From a virus (lineage: Duplodnaviria > Caudoviricetes): a DNA stretch of 64,000 nucleotides. How positions within the stretch are numbered: position 1 is the first letter of the stretch; every line of letters begins with the position of its first letter. Positions 1 through 9,994 of this stretch are shown one piece after another. The notes under the pieces were generated by a model. It was given only the letters and a program-made list of their open reading frames with translations. It searched no databases and was not told the origin of the DNA. A program made the position numbers and the translations under genes. The DNA is taken from the IMG/VR virus record IMGVR_UViG_3300021387_000106, positions 1-64,000 of that record; one strand, written 5' to 3'.

Positions 1-22
1 TTAACTCAAAACTCTATGAATT

Positions 23-1747
23 ATGGCAAACTTAGATTTAATCCAGAAGCGTTTCAATGAAACAAGAAAGATTTTCGGACACAGCGACGAGATTACAACA
101 GCCTCAGGTGTGAAAATCAGAGGTCGTTATCTGCTAACCGAATCAGGCGCAGTCACTCCAAGCCATGACCCCATGAATGGTTTTCAGAAGTCTATCGGAT
201 TTCCTACCGATGCTTACGGAAACACCGTCAATGACCGTGACTATGAACGTGACAAGGACGCACAAGAGATTACAAGGCAAATCGCAGACAACTACGATTC
301 AAGAGCCTTAAACTCTCAGGTGGTCGCCTCAAAGGATGGTGTAGTGCTGAGTGGTAACGGAAGAACGATGGCAGGAATGATTGCGGCGCAGAACAATACC
401 GACGCTGCATATATCGGCTATCTCGAAATGTTCCCTCAGAAGTACGGATTCCAGCCTGAGGACGTTAAGAGCTTCAAGCATCCAAGACTGATATTCCGGG
501 TTGATGACAACTATCCGTACACGGCAGAAACCTTCGCAATGTTCAATGCGCAGGAAATAAAGTCGCAGTCAAAGACTGAAATGGCGGTGAAGTTAGGTAA
601 ACTGGTTGATGATGCTACATTCCATCGTCTAATCAAGGTTATCAACTCCTTCGATACCATTGGAGAGTTCTACAATGATGTCAAGGCTACACGCGAGGCA
701 GTCAATGACTTGTCAAAGGTTGGCATTATCTCAAAGATGCAGTACCCTGAAATGTTTGATGGCGACACTATCAGTCAGGCAGCGAGAGAGATTCTTGAAA
801 ACGTGCTTATCGGTAAGGCATTTGCTACCAATCCCGATGCAGTACGTCAGATTACAGCTTTCAAAGGTGTAAGAAAGAATATAATCACGGCACTGGCTGA
901 AATCTCTAACAATATCGCTCTTGATGACTACTCTTTGGAGTCTGAAATGTCGCAGGCAATCAATCTCTGCTATCAGGCAAGGGCTAATGGTTGTATGCAC
1001 CAGGGCGATATAGTAAGCGGCTTTGCACGTCAGATGACGTTGTTCGGTGATTCCGTTACGGTAGCGGATTTCAATAACGCTACTGTTATGATGCTTGCAG
1101 ATATGATTAACCATTCTCAGGTTACGAAACTAAAGAAGGTTTACGCTATCTACAATCGTCAGGCCCACGATTCAGCTAACGGACAAACGGATATGTTCTC
1201 AGATGGCAGCGTGAAGTCGAAGCAGGATATTCTCAACGAAGTAAACACTCTCTTAAACTATGGCACGAAATCAGAAATCAACAATGCGCTCTCACTCTCA
1301 ACAGAACAGCGCAAGTCCGATGCAGTCGAAGCAATTCGAGAAGATGTCTATTCTTGCGAAAGCAATCAGAGAATCGACACAATCTGCTATGTTAGTGAAA
1401 ATGAAACACAAACGTGCAACGGTGTAATGGTCGGTGGTATAGCAGGCCTCCAGTTGCCGAGTGGTGACGTTATCGCTGTAAAGTTGGAACGTCTTAGCAA
1501 AGGTACGGCGGGCATCCGCACAAAGGGTTGGAATCGCTATCGTGTTAGCGAGGAATTGATAGTTCCTTGCAGCGAGAAGAAACCTACTCTTCCTGAATGG
1601 TTCAAGGCTGGCACGAAGCTATCCAGTGGACTGACTATCGAAAGCATTGATAGAACGTATGTATTGCTTTCCGATGGTAACGTTTACAAGCATATCGACG
1701 TATTACTTGCTTGCTCTCCTGAAAAGAACGTTGCAGAAGCGGCGTAA
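23..1747 (+). CDS. ddrB-like ParB-domain protein
   Basis: VNDRDY...VVASKDGVVLSGNGRTMA resembles the ddrB-ParB domain of phage polyvalent proteins. Confidence 0.65.
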   Translation: MANLDLIQKRFNETRKIFGHSDEITTASGVKIRGRYLLTESGAVTPSHDPMNGFQKSIGFPTDAYGNTVNDRDYERDKDAQEITRQIADNYDSRALNSQVVASKDGVVLSGNGRTMAGMIAAQNNTDAAYIGYLEMFPQKYGFQPEDVKSFKHPRLIFRVDDNYPYTAETFAMFNAQEIKSQSKTEMAVKLGKLVDDATFHRLIKVINSFDTIGEFYNDVKATREAVNDLSKVGIISKMQYPEMFDGDTISQAAREILENVLIGKAFATNPDAVRQITAFKGVRKNIITALAEISNNIALDDYSLESEMSQAINLCYQARANGCMHQGDIVSGFARQMTLFGDSVTVADFNNATVMMLADMINHSQVTKLKKVYAIYNRQAHDSANGQTDMFSDGSVKSKQDILNEVNTLLNYGTKSEINNALSLSTEQRKSDAVEAIREDVYSCESNQRIDTICYVSENETQTCNGVMVGGIAGLQLPSGDVIAVKLERLSKGTAGIRTKGWNRYRVSEELIVPCSEKKPTLPEWFKAGTKLSSGLTIESIDRTYVLLSDGNVYKHIDVLLACSPEKNVAEAA

Positions 1748-1810
1748 TCTATTACTCTCGCTCTCTTAGTTGAGGGCGAAAGTACGATTATTAACTTAAA
1801 CTTATGAATT

Positions 1811-2176
1811 ATGGAAAAGGTATTTGATTTCAATGAGTTCGGAATCTGCATGAATCCGAATGTTCAGAGTTTTGTATCTGGCAAGTATCGTGCAATGATT
1901 GAAACGGCTCCCATTGATGGTAGGTGGTATTATGGTTGTATGCTTGATACTCCTACAAGTGGATTTGGTAGCGGTGTTTGCAAGCAGGGTCCTGACTTTG
2001 CAACCGAATCAGAGGCACTTGCAGCCGTAGCAAAGAAAAGCATTGAATGGTTTGACGAAGATACTGAATGGCACAAGAAAGCAGGAAAGAAAAGAATCGT
2101 TCCGCAGTTCATTTACGATGAACTAAAGAAACTCCTGCATCCGCAACCTGTTCAGCTCAGTTTGTTCGACTTTTAA
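1811..2176 (+). CDS. Hypothetical protein with C-terminal clamp-binding-like motif
   Basis: 121-aa ORF ending QLSLFDF. Confidence 0.7.
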   Translation: MEKVFDFNEFGICMNPNVQSFVSGKYRAMIETAPIDGRWYYGCMLDTPTSGFGSGVCKQGPDFATESEALAAVAKKSIEWFDEDTEWHKKAGKKRIVPQFIYDELKKLLHPQPVQLSLFDF

Positions 2177-2186
2177 TATTACAGCT

Positions 2187-2567
2187 ATGGAATATCTATT
2201 GTCTATCACTCTGCCTAACGACGTTAGGGGCTACAACGCTTGCAAAAGCAAAATGATTAAGAAATGCTATGAGGCTTTCTTGATGATGATTTATCCTCAG
2301 TACACTATTGAGATAGATATGCCTGCAACAATGGAACACAACTACAACCGAATCATTATCAAACGTGTAAACGGAGATAAGTACAAGGTTGTTTGGCGTG
2401 AGTATTACGCTGATTTCGACAACAAAGTATTCGGAAGATTGCACCATTCAGCAGAATACAGCACAATGTGGTTCAGTTCTGCAAGAAAGGTTATAAACTA
2501 TCTCTTTGGTAGCAACAATGGTACTGCCTGGTATGACTTTTGGCACGTTTCCGTTTGCAAGAAATGA
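2187..2567 (+). CDS. Hypothetical protein
   Basis: 126-aa ORF, co-oriented and tightly packed. Confidence 0.6.
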   Translation: MEYLLSITLPNDVRGYNACKSKMIKKCYEAFLMMIYPQYTIEIDMPATMEHNYNRIIIKRVNGDKYKVVWREYYADFDNKVFGRLHHSAEYSTMWFSSARKVINYLFGSNNGTAWYDFWHVSVCKK

Positions 2568-2631
2568 AATTATCCTTGCTGAGTACAATAATTCAGCAGG
2601 GAACTACGTTTAATTTAATAGGTACTCAAAT

Positions 2632-4038
2632 ATGAAACATGAAGATTACATTAGAGAGAGTAAGCACAAGATTGATGAAGTGCTTACCGCTTTCAAGATT
2701 GAGCATGATATTATCACTGCGAAATCTGGTCCCACTGTCACGCTCTTTGAGTTCACTCCCAATGTGGGTACGAAGTTATCCAAACTCGAAAACCTGAAAC
2801 GAGAGTTCGCTTTGCAACTTGGTGTTCAGGCAGTAAGGATGATTGTACCTACTGAAAGAGGAACAATAGGAATCGAAGTTCCTAACCGTGAGCGTGTGGT
2901 TATCCCAATGACTGAAATGCTCTACGAAAAAGAGTATGAGACCTCAGACATGGCTTTGCCGATTATCCTTGGTCGCAAGGTTGATTGCAATGTGTTCATG
3001 GCTGACTTGGCAGAAATGCCGCATCTACTTGTCGCTGGTGCTACTGGCATGGGTAAGTCTGTCGGACTTAACGTTATCATTTCGTCGCTGATTAACAAGA
3101 AATCCCCTGACGAGTTGAAGATGATTCTGATAGACCCGAAACAAGTTGAACTCACTATCTACGATGCAATCAAGAAACCTTATCTCGCAAAGCTGCATAA
3201 GGATAGCGAGGCTATCATTACGGAGTATGACGAGGCAAGGGCTACACTTGCAGCCGTATGTGAAATGATGGATCAACGCTACACTAAACTCAAAAATGAA
3301 TCAGTCCGCAATATCAAGGAGTATAATATTTCCTGCAAGAAGGGCTATATCGACGACAAACCAATGCCTTACTACGTTGTTATCATTGACGAGTACGGTG
3401 ACTTGGTTATGCAGGCTAATGGTAGGGAAATGGAGAAATACATCTGCCGTATCGCTCAGAAAGCAAGGGCGGTTGGTATTCACATGATTATCTCCACTCA
3501 AAGACCATCAACGGACGTCGTAACTGGTAACATCAAGGCTAACTTTCCTACGAGAATAGCTTTCCGTACCGTCACTGGTACTGATAGCCGTGTTATTCTT
3601 GATAGAATCGGTGCAGAACGTCTTACTGGCAAGGGTGATATGCTTTTCTTCAATGGTGGAGAAACTACGAGAGTACAATGTGCTTTCGCAAGTACGGAAG
3701 AAACAATTGAACTATGCCATGAGGTGCAGGAAGAATATCCTGAGTACGAGACGGTGGTGTTGGAAAAGACTATTGCACCCGAAGTACACCATAAGTTCAC
3801 TCACGTTCACGATGAAACACGTAGGGCTGCAACGAATATAGTAAAGCAGCGTCGCCACGTCGTTTATATCGGTGAGGTATATGGCAATGTACGTGAGCAA
3901 CTGATTGAAATGGGTATTATAGGAGATAATAAGATTGTCTATCCTAACCGAACGGAAGAAATCAACTATCATCCAGTACTGGTTAGCAGCATGGCAGAAC
4001 TCAATGCTATTCTTGATACGTTCTACAAAGAGGACTAA
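2632..4038 (+). CDS. FtsK/SpoIIIE-family DNA translocase motor domain (no N-terminal TM region)
   Basis: GPTVTLFE, PHLLVAGATGMGKS (Walker A), LIDPK, VVIIDE (Walker B), AQKARAVGIH, TQRPS, GAERLTGKGDML. Confidence 0.93.
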   Translation: MKHEDYIRESKHKIDEVLTAFKIEHDIITAKSGPTVTLFEFTPNVGTKLSKLENLKREFALQLGVQAVRMIVPTERGTIGIEVPNRERVVIPMTEMLYEKEYETSDMALPIILGRKVDCNVFMADLAEMPHLLVAGATGMGKSVGLNVIISSLINKKSPDELKMILIDPKQVELTIYDAIKKPYLAKLHKDSEAIITEYDEARATLAAVCEMMDQRYTKLKNESVRNIKEYNISCKKGYIDDKPMPYYVVIIDEYGDLVMQANGREMEKYICRIAQKARAVGIHMIISTQRPSTDVVTGNIKANFPTRIAFRTVTGTDSRVILDRIGAERLTGKGDMLFFNGGETTRVQCAFASTEETIELCHEVQEEYPEYETVVLEKTIAPEVHHKFTHVHDETRRAATNIVKQRRHVVYIGEVYGNVREQLIEMGIIGDNKIVYPNRTEEINYHPVLVSSMAELNAILDTFYKED

Positions 4039-4102
4039 TCTCTCACTCACCTTGGATTAGCTTTCGAGGTGGGTACACAATGTTTCATTTAAGAAAGAGA
4101 TT

Positions 4103-4432
4103 ATGACAAGACAAGAAGCGTTATTGATCCCTGACCTCCAGATAGAGGTTACAGAACTCGTTGAGGATGCTTTCTATGCTTTCCGTGACGTTGACGATTC
4201 GGAACTAAACAAACGATTGAAAGAACTTGGTGACGATTACGTTGATGGTGACGAAAAGGCAGATGAACTACTCACGAAGTATCTCAAAGACTTGGATATT
4301 GCAGAGAAAGCGGCTGACAGATGGCTACAAAGCGGCACTCCATACGAGCGTGTCCAGGCTCTACTTGCAGCAGAGAAGATGATTGAAAACCAAAAGAAGT
4401 ATGGTGTTCCATGTGCTGCATGGTGTAATTGA
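4103..4432 (+). CDS. Hypothetical protein
   Basis: 109-aa ORF with AT-rich leader. Confidence 0.6.
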   Translation: MTRQEALLIPDLQIEVTELVEDAFYAFRDVDDSELNKRLKELGDDYVDGDEKADELLTKYLKDLDIAEKAADRWLQSGTPYERVQALLAAEKMIENQKKYGVPCAAWCN

Positions 4433-4573
4433 ATTATGGTGGCTCCCTGTCAGCTCAGAGAGTCATTACTACCCTTCGGGGCATAATTCGAGTTTAAGTT
4501 AAGTGAGGGAGTCGCTATTAGGTTAGTGGCTCCTGGCAAAGTAACAAGATGTATTACTTAAACACGAAAGATT

Positions 4574-5425
4574 ATGAATGAAAAGAATTTTGAAAGCGAG
4601 TTTAAACGTCGCTATCCTGAACGTTCTCAGATTCTTAACTACATCAAGGATGCACTGAATATCAATGAGATTCATTTCTCAGATATGACCTCTGCAAACC
4701 TTACCGATGTGGCTAAGTACATTAAATCTCAGGTTGCACCCGGTACTGCAAAGGTTTACTTTGCCATTCTCTCACGTTTCATCAAAATCTACAAGGAAAC
4801 GGAAGATGTACCATGCAATGACCCTCACGACACTCTAAAGACAAAACTATGTCCGCAGGAGAATGTCGCTCTGACTAAGGAAGAACTCTCTAAAATCGAA
4901 GCCTACTATGATAGTCTGATGAACAAAGTAGGCAGATTCGCAGAGAAAGACGTACTCACGCTTTTCTTGCTTGAATGTTACACTGGCGCAAGAAGTTGTG
5001 ATTGTGAAAAGATGTCACTCGAAAATGTAAGAGACGGAAAGCTATCTTACGTTGCAGACAAGACAATGACGCTTGTAACCCTTCCAGTACACTACAAGGT
5101 AAATGAACTCTTGCAGAACATTCCTGCCCGTACCTATGCGGAAGCGGTTAAAGTACGAATCATCAAGCGAGTAGCGAAGTCATGTGGTATCAATGATGTT
5201 ATAACGATAACCTATCGTGGTGTGCGTAAACCCCGTGAAAAGTACGAGTATCTTGGTACACATACGGCACGCCGTACTTTTTCTACGTTACTCGACGAAT
5301 TGGGAGTTCCACTTACGGAAATCACTCAGTATATGGGGCATAGTGACGTAAAGATGACTATGCGATATATCAAGCGTGATAGAAACAAGGTATCTGAATC
5401 AGCCCTTGCTTTCTTCAATGGCTAA
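4574..5425 (+). CDS. Tyrosine recombinase (Xer/invertase-like, no arm-binding domain)
   Basis: TGAR, HTARRTF, MGH and Y catalytic residues; 283 aa. Confidence 0.9.
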   Translation: MNEKNFESEFKRRYPERSQILNYIKDALNINEIHFSDMTSANLTDVAKYIKSQVAPGTAKVYFAILSRFIKIYKETEDVPCNDPHDTLKTKLCPQENVALTKEELSKIEAYYDSLMNKVGRFAEKDVLTLFLLECYTGARSCDCEKMSLENVRDGKLSYVADKTMTLVTLPVHYKVNELLQNIPARTYAEAVKVRIIKRVAKSCGINDVITITYRGVRKPREKYEYLGTHTARRTFSTLLDELGVPLTEITQYMGHSDVKMTMRYIKRDRNKVSESALAFFNG

Positions 5426-5454
5426 TTTATGTCTAACAATTAATACGTTCAATT

Positions 5455-5919
5455 ATGAGAAAATTACTGATTCTGGCATTACTGCCAATGTTGTTTGTTT
5501 CGTGTTCAAAGGATGATAGCAACGAAACACCACAAGAGCCTGACAAGCGTGAACAGCAAATTGTCGGCAAATGGCTTGTAACCGATTACTGGTGGACTTA
5601 TAGCGGATTGGGCTATGCCGATGAAGCGCATTGGAAAGAAGTTCACGGCGACCTCACCGTTACGTTCAATAGCGGTGGTACTTGTAACGTTACTGGCAAA
5701 AGCTACGAGACGGTCACAACAAGTTTTGATACGTCATTCGACCTTCAAGTTGATTTTCCTGAAATCAATCGTTGGAAATGGAATAAGGATAATCCTACAT
5801 ATCCTTTGAAAGTTTACTACGTATCTGGTGGAGAATTGGATTTGGGAGTTACGTTTGTAACCAATAACGAATTAGAACTAAAGAATGGTGGTTATGGCTA
5901 CAAACTAAAAAGGCAATAA
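5455..5919 (+). CDS. Lipoprotein (lipocalin-like)
   Basis: Signal peptide with lipobox LFVSC, acidic SKDD after the Cys, IVGKW motif. Confidence 0.75.
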   Translation: MRKLLILALLPMLFVSCSKDDSNETPQEPDKREQQIVGKWLVTDYWWTYSGLGYADEAHWKEVHGDLTVTFNSGGTCNVTGKSYETVTTSFDTSFDLQVDFPEINRWKWNKDNPTYPLKVYYVSGGELDLGVTFVTNNELELKNGGYGYKLKRQ

Positions 5920-5954
5920 AAAAAGGCGCAGGGAGATTAGTTTCTCCCCACGCC
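5918..5954 (-). terminator. Intrinsic terminator between convergent operons
   Basis: A-run followed by ggcgcagggaga...tctccccacgcc stem. Confidence 0.55.
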
Positions 5955-6018
5955 CCAAAGTAAAATGAATTTATCTGAAAAGTATTCCTTTTCCACAAAA
6001 CACCTCAGTTTACTTTGT

Positions 6019-6903
6019 TTAACTATCAAATATTAGCTTCGGCTCCAAACGGTGCATTGCCAAAAGCCGCGTTAGAGTACGATTATTGTACTTGTTTTGG
6101 TAATGCTTTACATAACGCAAAGTTTCCTCACTATTCGCCATTTTAAGCACATTGAAACCTAAGTAGCAATAGTAGAAATCAACCTGAGAGCGAAGTCTGA
6201 AAAGGCTAACGGCTTTGTCGAACGTCATGCCGCATTTGACGTAATCGGGAAACCAAAGTTCAAGAAACTCTATCAATTCCTTATTCTCAGGACATAGCAA
6301 CCTATCAGTAGGCAAATCCCATAGACCGCAACCGATTCCGTCTTTCTCACACATATACATCAGCAGGAGATTCAACTTGTATTGCCGTGAGGTTATATCA
6401 ACACGCATCAGTAGGGAAGAGAGAGCCATGAATGGATCGAGATAGCGTTTCTTCTTAAACTCACGTCTTACAGCCTCTCCAGTACTGCCATAAGCCTCAA
6501 CAATATCGTATAGGCATGAAAGCACGTTGGCAAGCTCGTAGTTCTGATTGAATGACTTGCAGAGTTTCATAGTCTGGTTATTACCCTTGCTCAATTCCAT
6601 AAACCTTCTATTCATCAGAAAGTCACGGAAAGGATGCTCACCTATCAACTCCCTCAATTCATGCTGTTGCAGCAATCTCGTTTCAGGATTCTTTGTAAGC
6701 ATCAGCGACGCAAAGGCGGCTACTTCCTTATCCATCGGGTCATTGTAGCCATCACAGAGCGCAAAGAGGTGGATGCCGAAACGTCCACGCTTACGGAAAG
6801 CATCTGCCAATTCCTGCATCCACTTATTATGATAGACCAAAAAGTTCCCGAAAAAGTCCGTCATAACCTTGCGCCTTATTTCAGTATCGTAAGGACTGCT
6901 CAT
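6019..6903 (-). CDS. DUF2400/TIGR02757-like protein (divergent)
   Basis: YNDPMDKEVAAF and KLNLLLMYMCEKDGIGCGLW...LLCP resemble DUF2400 motifs. Confidence 0.55.
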   Translation of the reverse strand: MSSPYDTEIRRKVMTDFFGNFLVYHNKWMQELADAFRKRGRFGIHLFALCDGYNDPMDKEVAAFASLMLTKNPETRLLQQHELRELIGEHPFRDFLMNRRFMELSKGNNQTMKLCKSFNQNYELANVLSCLYDIVEAYGSTGEAVRREFKKKRYLDPFMALSSLLMRVDITSRQYKLNLLLMYMCEKDGIGCGLWDLPTDRLLCPENKELIEFLELWFPDYVKCGMTFDKAVSLFRLRSQVDFYYCYLGFNVLKMANSEETLRYVKHYQNKYNNRTLTRLLAMHRLEPKLIFDS

Positions 6904-7682
6904 TCACTTTTTATGTCCTTTAAACGCATTGTCATGTAAATGCCAATCTTACGCTCTTTGAACTGAGAAGCAGGAATATCCCTGCCATCGTACCAGTGAG
7001 TGAATACCAGGAATATCTTGTGTTTGACGTGAATATCCTCAATAATATTCATCATCAAAGGAATATTCACCTTCATAGCCTTTTCCATAGAATCCACGAA
7101 TTGCAGCCTATCAGACGACTTTCCAGTAAGGTTGTACGTTTTCAGATAACGCAAACGCTTTGTCTGCTTATTCTGCAAACCGATAATCACCTTATCCAAA
7201 GTGTACTCGTTGAGGACGTTGGTGTAAACCTCGGTAATCCTGCAACGAATCTGATGTGTCTGCCTGATTCGGTTGATAGTCTCACTGGCATTGTCGAAAG
7301 CCTTGAACAATTCAGCACTGGCAATGTCGCCAATAAACTGAGGAATCTTGCGAACGGCAATACCCATCTGAATTGACTCGTCACCACAATAGTACGCTGT
7401 ATGGTCGTACTCGTTAAACATTTCAATGGCATAGAACCTGAACTCTTTCAATTCTTCAAGTTCCTTTGGCTCCATGAAACACGTAAGAGCATTACCATCA
7501 ATCTTCTTAGAGACGTAATTTGCCAGTCCTTCCGCATCATCAAAAGACTCAATACGTAAGGCCTCATTCTGATTCAGAGTAAATACTGGCTCAGACCAAA
7601 AGAACCACTTTCTCCGAACACACTTCAAAAAGCGATAAACGCCTTTCTTACCTTCAAGAGGTTTTGTTGCAACGATGTACAT
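6900..7682 (-). CDS. Hypothetical protein
   Basis: 260-aa ORF with 4-bp overlap to the next gene. Confidence 0.7.
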   Translation of the reverse strand: MYIVATKPLEGKKGVYRFLKCVRRKWFFWSEPVFTLNQNEALRIESFDDAEGLANYVSKKIDGNALTCFMEPKELEELKEFRFYAIEMFNEYDHTAYYCGDESIQMGIAVRKIPQFIGDIASAELFKAFDNASETINRIRQTHQIRCRITEVYTNVLNEYTLDKVIIGLQNKQTKRLRYLKTYNLTGKSSDRLQFVDSMEKAMKVNIPLMMNIIEDIHVKHKIFLVFTHWYDGRDIPASQFKERKIGIYMTMRLKDIKSE

Positions 7683-7798
7683 AGTACGATAATTATTGGT
7701 TTATACACTGTTTAACTACACTCTCCACATCATCCCGTAAGATATTAAGGCGCATTGCCTCATGTCTTAGGAAACGCTCGAAATCGGCTTTAATTTCT

Positions 7799-8095
7799 TC
7801 ATTCTTGCTCATACACTACCCTTATATTACAAGCTAAAGCAACTGCATATTCAGTACGGCAACCGACTGAGAACTGCCAGCGATTTGCCATCCATATTGC
7901 ATCACACATCAGCAGATTCTTTATATCTTCCTTCATGTGTTCAGAGGTTGGAGCATCTAACGGCACTCCATTCTCCAAAGGATTGAAAACGTCATCATAG
8001 AACTGGCTCAGGGATTTCTTCAATTTCTCCGCATAAGCCTTACGTTCCTCAATATCGTACCCACTAATGGGGAAACTCATATAGACCTTGCTCAT
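7799..8095 (-). CDS. DUF4406 family (nucleoside deoxyribosyltransferase-like)
   Basis: KVYMSFPISG, VFNP, HMKEDIKNLLMCDAI, W..S.GC..E motifs. Confidence 0.8.
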   Translation of the reverse strand: MSKVYMSFPISGYDIEERKAYAEKLKKSLSQFYDDVFNPLENGVPLDAPTSEHMKEDIKNLLMCDAIWMANRWQFSVGCRTEYAVALACNIRVVYEQE

Positions 8096-9144
8096 TTCTT
8101 CTTTGTCACCTTGAATTTACCACTTAGCTTATCAACACTGGCTTCCATCTGGCTTTGCTCAGATTCTTCCAGTACGTGTTTGTATTCCTCTTGCGCATGA
8201 GGATTGAGTTCAATGGCTTTCTTAGCCGCTTCATCCATGATGTCATCATCCCTTACGTCGGTAATGAAGTCATCCCACGCCCACTGAACACGCTGATTCT
8301 TGTTTGCGTCGAATCCCTCAATATCATAACAGCCGTAGGAATCCTGAGAAACCTTGATACCAAGAACTTTAACCATAGCCACGAAATGCTTTACCATATC
8401 GTCCATTTTTGCATCAACGTATATCTTGGTAAAGTCCACTCCGCACTCGTCTTTGAAATCCTTGAAGTAGGCAAGGAATGTGCTGTGCGCCATCTTGTGC
8501 ATCAGAAACACCACCTCAATACGACCTTTCAGCTCTATATCTCGCCAACCAAGGCGAATCATGTAGTTTCTGATAGCTTCATAGACACCCTCAATACGTG
8601 GGTTCAGGAAGTCGTAGGTAATGCGCAAATGGTCTAATAAGGTGTACCACGCAGTCTTTTCAATCTGCTTGCGCCTGGTATCTTCATACTTCGTCCATTC
8701 GCTTTCTGCCTTCAAATAGTGCATCTTGGTAGTAAAACGCAACTTGTTAGCATCTTCAAGTAGATCATACACCGCTATCATTGTCTGATGCAGTATATAG
8801 TTCACACGTCTTACGATTATGAAACTGACCTTTGCCTTTTCCTCATAATCGTGCAATTCACCAAAGGTAATATCTGACTCTCTATCAATAGTCATTTGCG
8901 CCATATTTGGCACAAAAACGGCTGATGCAGCCATCATTGCGACCATTTCCAAGTCAGTAAATCCTTTCTCCTTTTGGAAAGCCTCACGCTCCGATTTTTC
9001 TATCAGAGTCTTTACTTTGGTTTGCATCAGAATCTCACTGATTTCCTCCGCAGTCTTAGTGAGTACTGGCTTACTCTCTTTAAGGCTTTCCTGAAAGTCC
9101 TTAATATCGTCAACAGGAGTACGTTCTTTCTTTGCCATAATCAA
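8092..9144 (-). CDS. Hypothetical helical protein
   Basis: 350-aa ORF in operon. Confidence 0.7.
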   Translation of the reverse strand: MIMAKKERTPVDDIKDFQESLKESKPVLTKTAEEISEILMQTKVKTLIEKSEREAFQKEKGFTDLEMVAMMAASAVFVPNMAQMTIDRESDITFGELHDYEEKAKVSFIIVRRVNYILHQTMIAVYDLLEDANKLRFTTKMHYLKAESEWTKYEDTRRKQIEKTAWYTLLDHLRITYDFLNPRIEGVYEAIRNYMIRLGWRDIELKGRIEVVFLMHKMAHSTFLAYFKDFKDECGVDFTKIYVDAKMDDMVKHFVAMVKVLGIKVSQDSYGCYDIEGFDANKNQRVQWAWDDFITDVRDDDIMDEAAKKAIELNPHAQEEYKHVLEESEQSQMEASVDKLSGKFKVTKKK

Positions 9145-9364
9145 TATGTTGCTCGTTCTAAACGTTGTTCTACTTCATCTTCGTCATCCTCAGACTCAGG
9201 ATAGGGTGCATACCCGATGCAGACACCATGAAGATTGCGATTGCAGCACGAATCGAAATGATAGCACCTCGGTTCGCATATTTCCATCTTACACATAGCT
9301 TTCAGTTTTGAGGTTAAGAAAAAGAGCAAGCTATTTAGCCTGCTCTTCCATAAAGTCAAACGAA

Positions 9365-9994
9365 TTAAGCCCACGACCACAAATAACCGTAAGCTGTTTT
9401 TAAGACACCTCTACACGCACCACTAATGTGATTATGCTGATACCCAAAATCCCTTTCTACTTGCCTAAGAGAAGGATAACAAGCAATAAATTCACCTGAT
9501 AACGTATATTGGTTTACTTTTCGAGAACGTCTAACGTCATTAATAACTTTTTCTCTTATTCTTTGACGTCTTGTTCCATACATATTATTGTAATGTTGAT
9601 TGCAATATTCAAGATTATAAAGACAATTGTTTAATTTGTTTTCGTCCTTATGATTTATTTGGTCGCAATCCTTTGGCATCTTTCTAAATGCCATCATCAC
9701 AAGTTGTTGGATTCTCCGACATTCGACCCTATCACTTCTTATGGTTACTGCAATGTAACCTTTTTTGTTGATATGTCCTTTAAGAACCTTACTTCGATGA
9801 AAATGAATACCACAACGACTACCCTCATAATCAATGGCTCTATCTAAAGATTTTATTCTCCCATATTTTGAAGCCATATAACCAAAATATTTTGGTATCG
9901 GTCTCCAAACTTCACCTTCGAGATTTTCCAAAGAAAGCCATCTTTCAGAGTTAAGTTCTGGTAAATTTTCGTATTTAAGTTTTCGCAGTTTCAT
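9365..9994 (-). CDS. NUMOD4-HNH homing endonuclease
   Basis: EVWRPIPKY..Y.AS..GRIKS (NUMOD4), INHKDENKLNN..NLE (HNH), C-terminal NUMOD1-like HTH; AT-richer than neighbours; start at MKLRK chosen. Confidence 0.88.
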   Translation of the reverse strand: MKLRKLKYENLPELNSERWLSLENLEGEVWRPIPKYFGYMASKYGRIKSLDRAIDYEGSRCGIHFHRSKVLKGHINKKGYIAVTIRSDRVECRRIQQLVMMAFRKMPKDCDQINHKDENKLNNCLYNLEYCNQHYNNMYGTRRQRIREKVINDVRRSRKVNQYTLSGEFIACYPSLRQVERDFGYQHNHISGACRGVLKTAYGYLWSWA

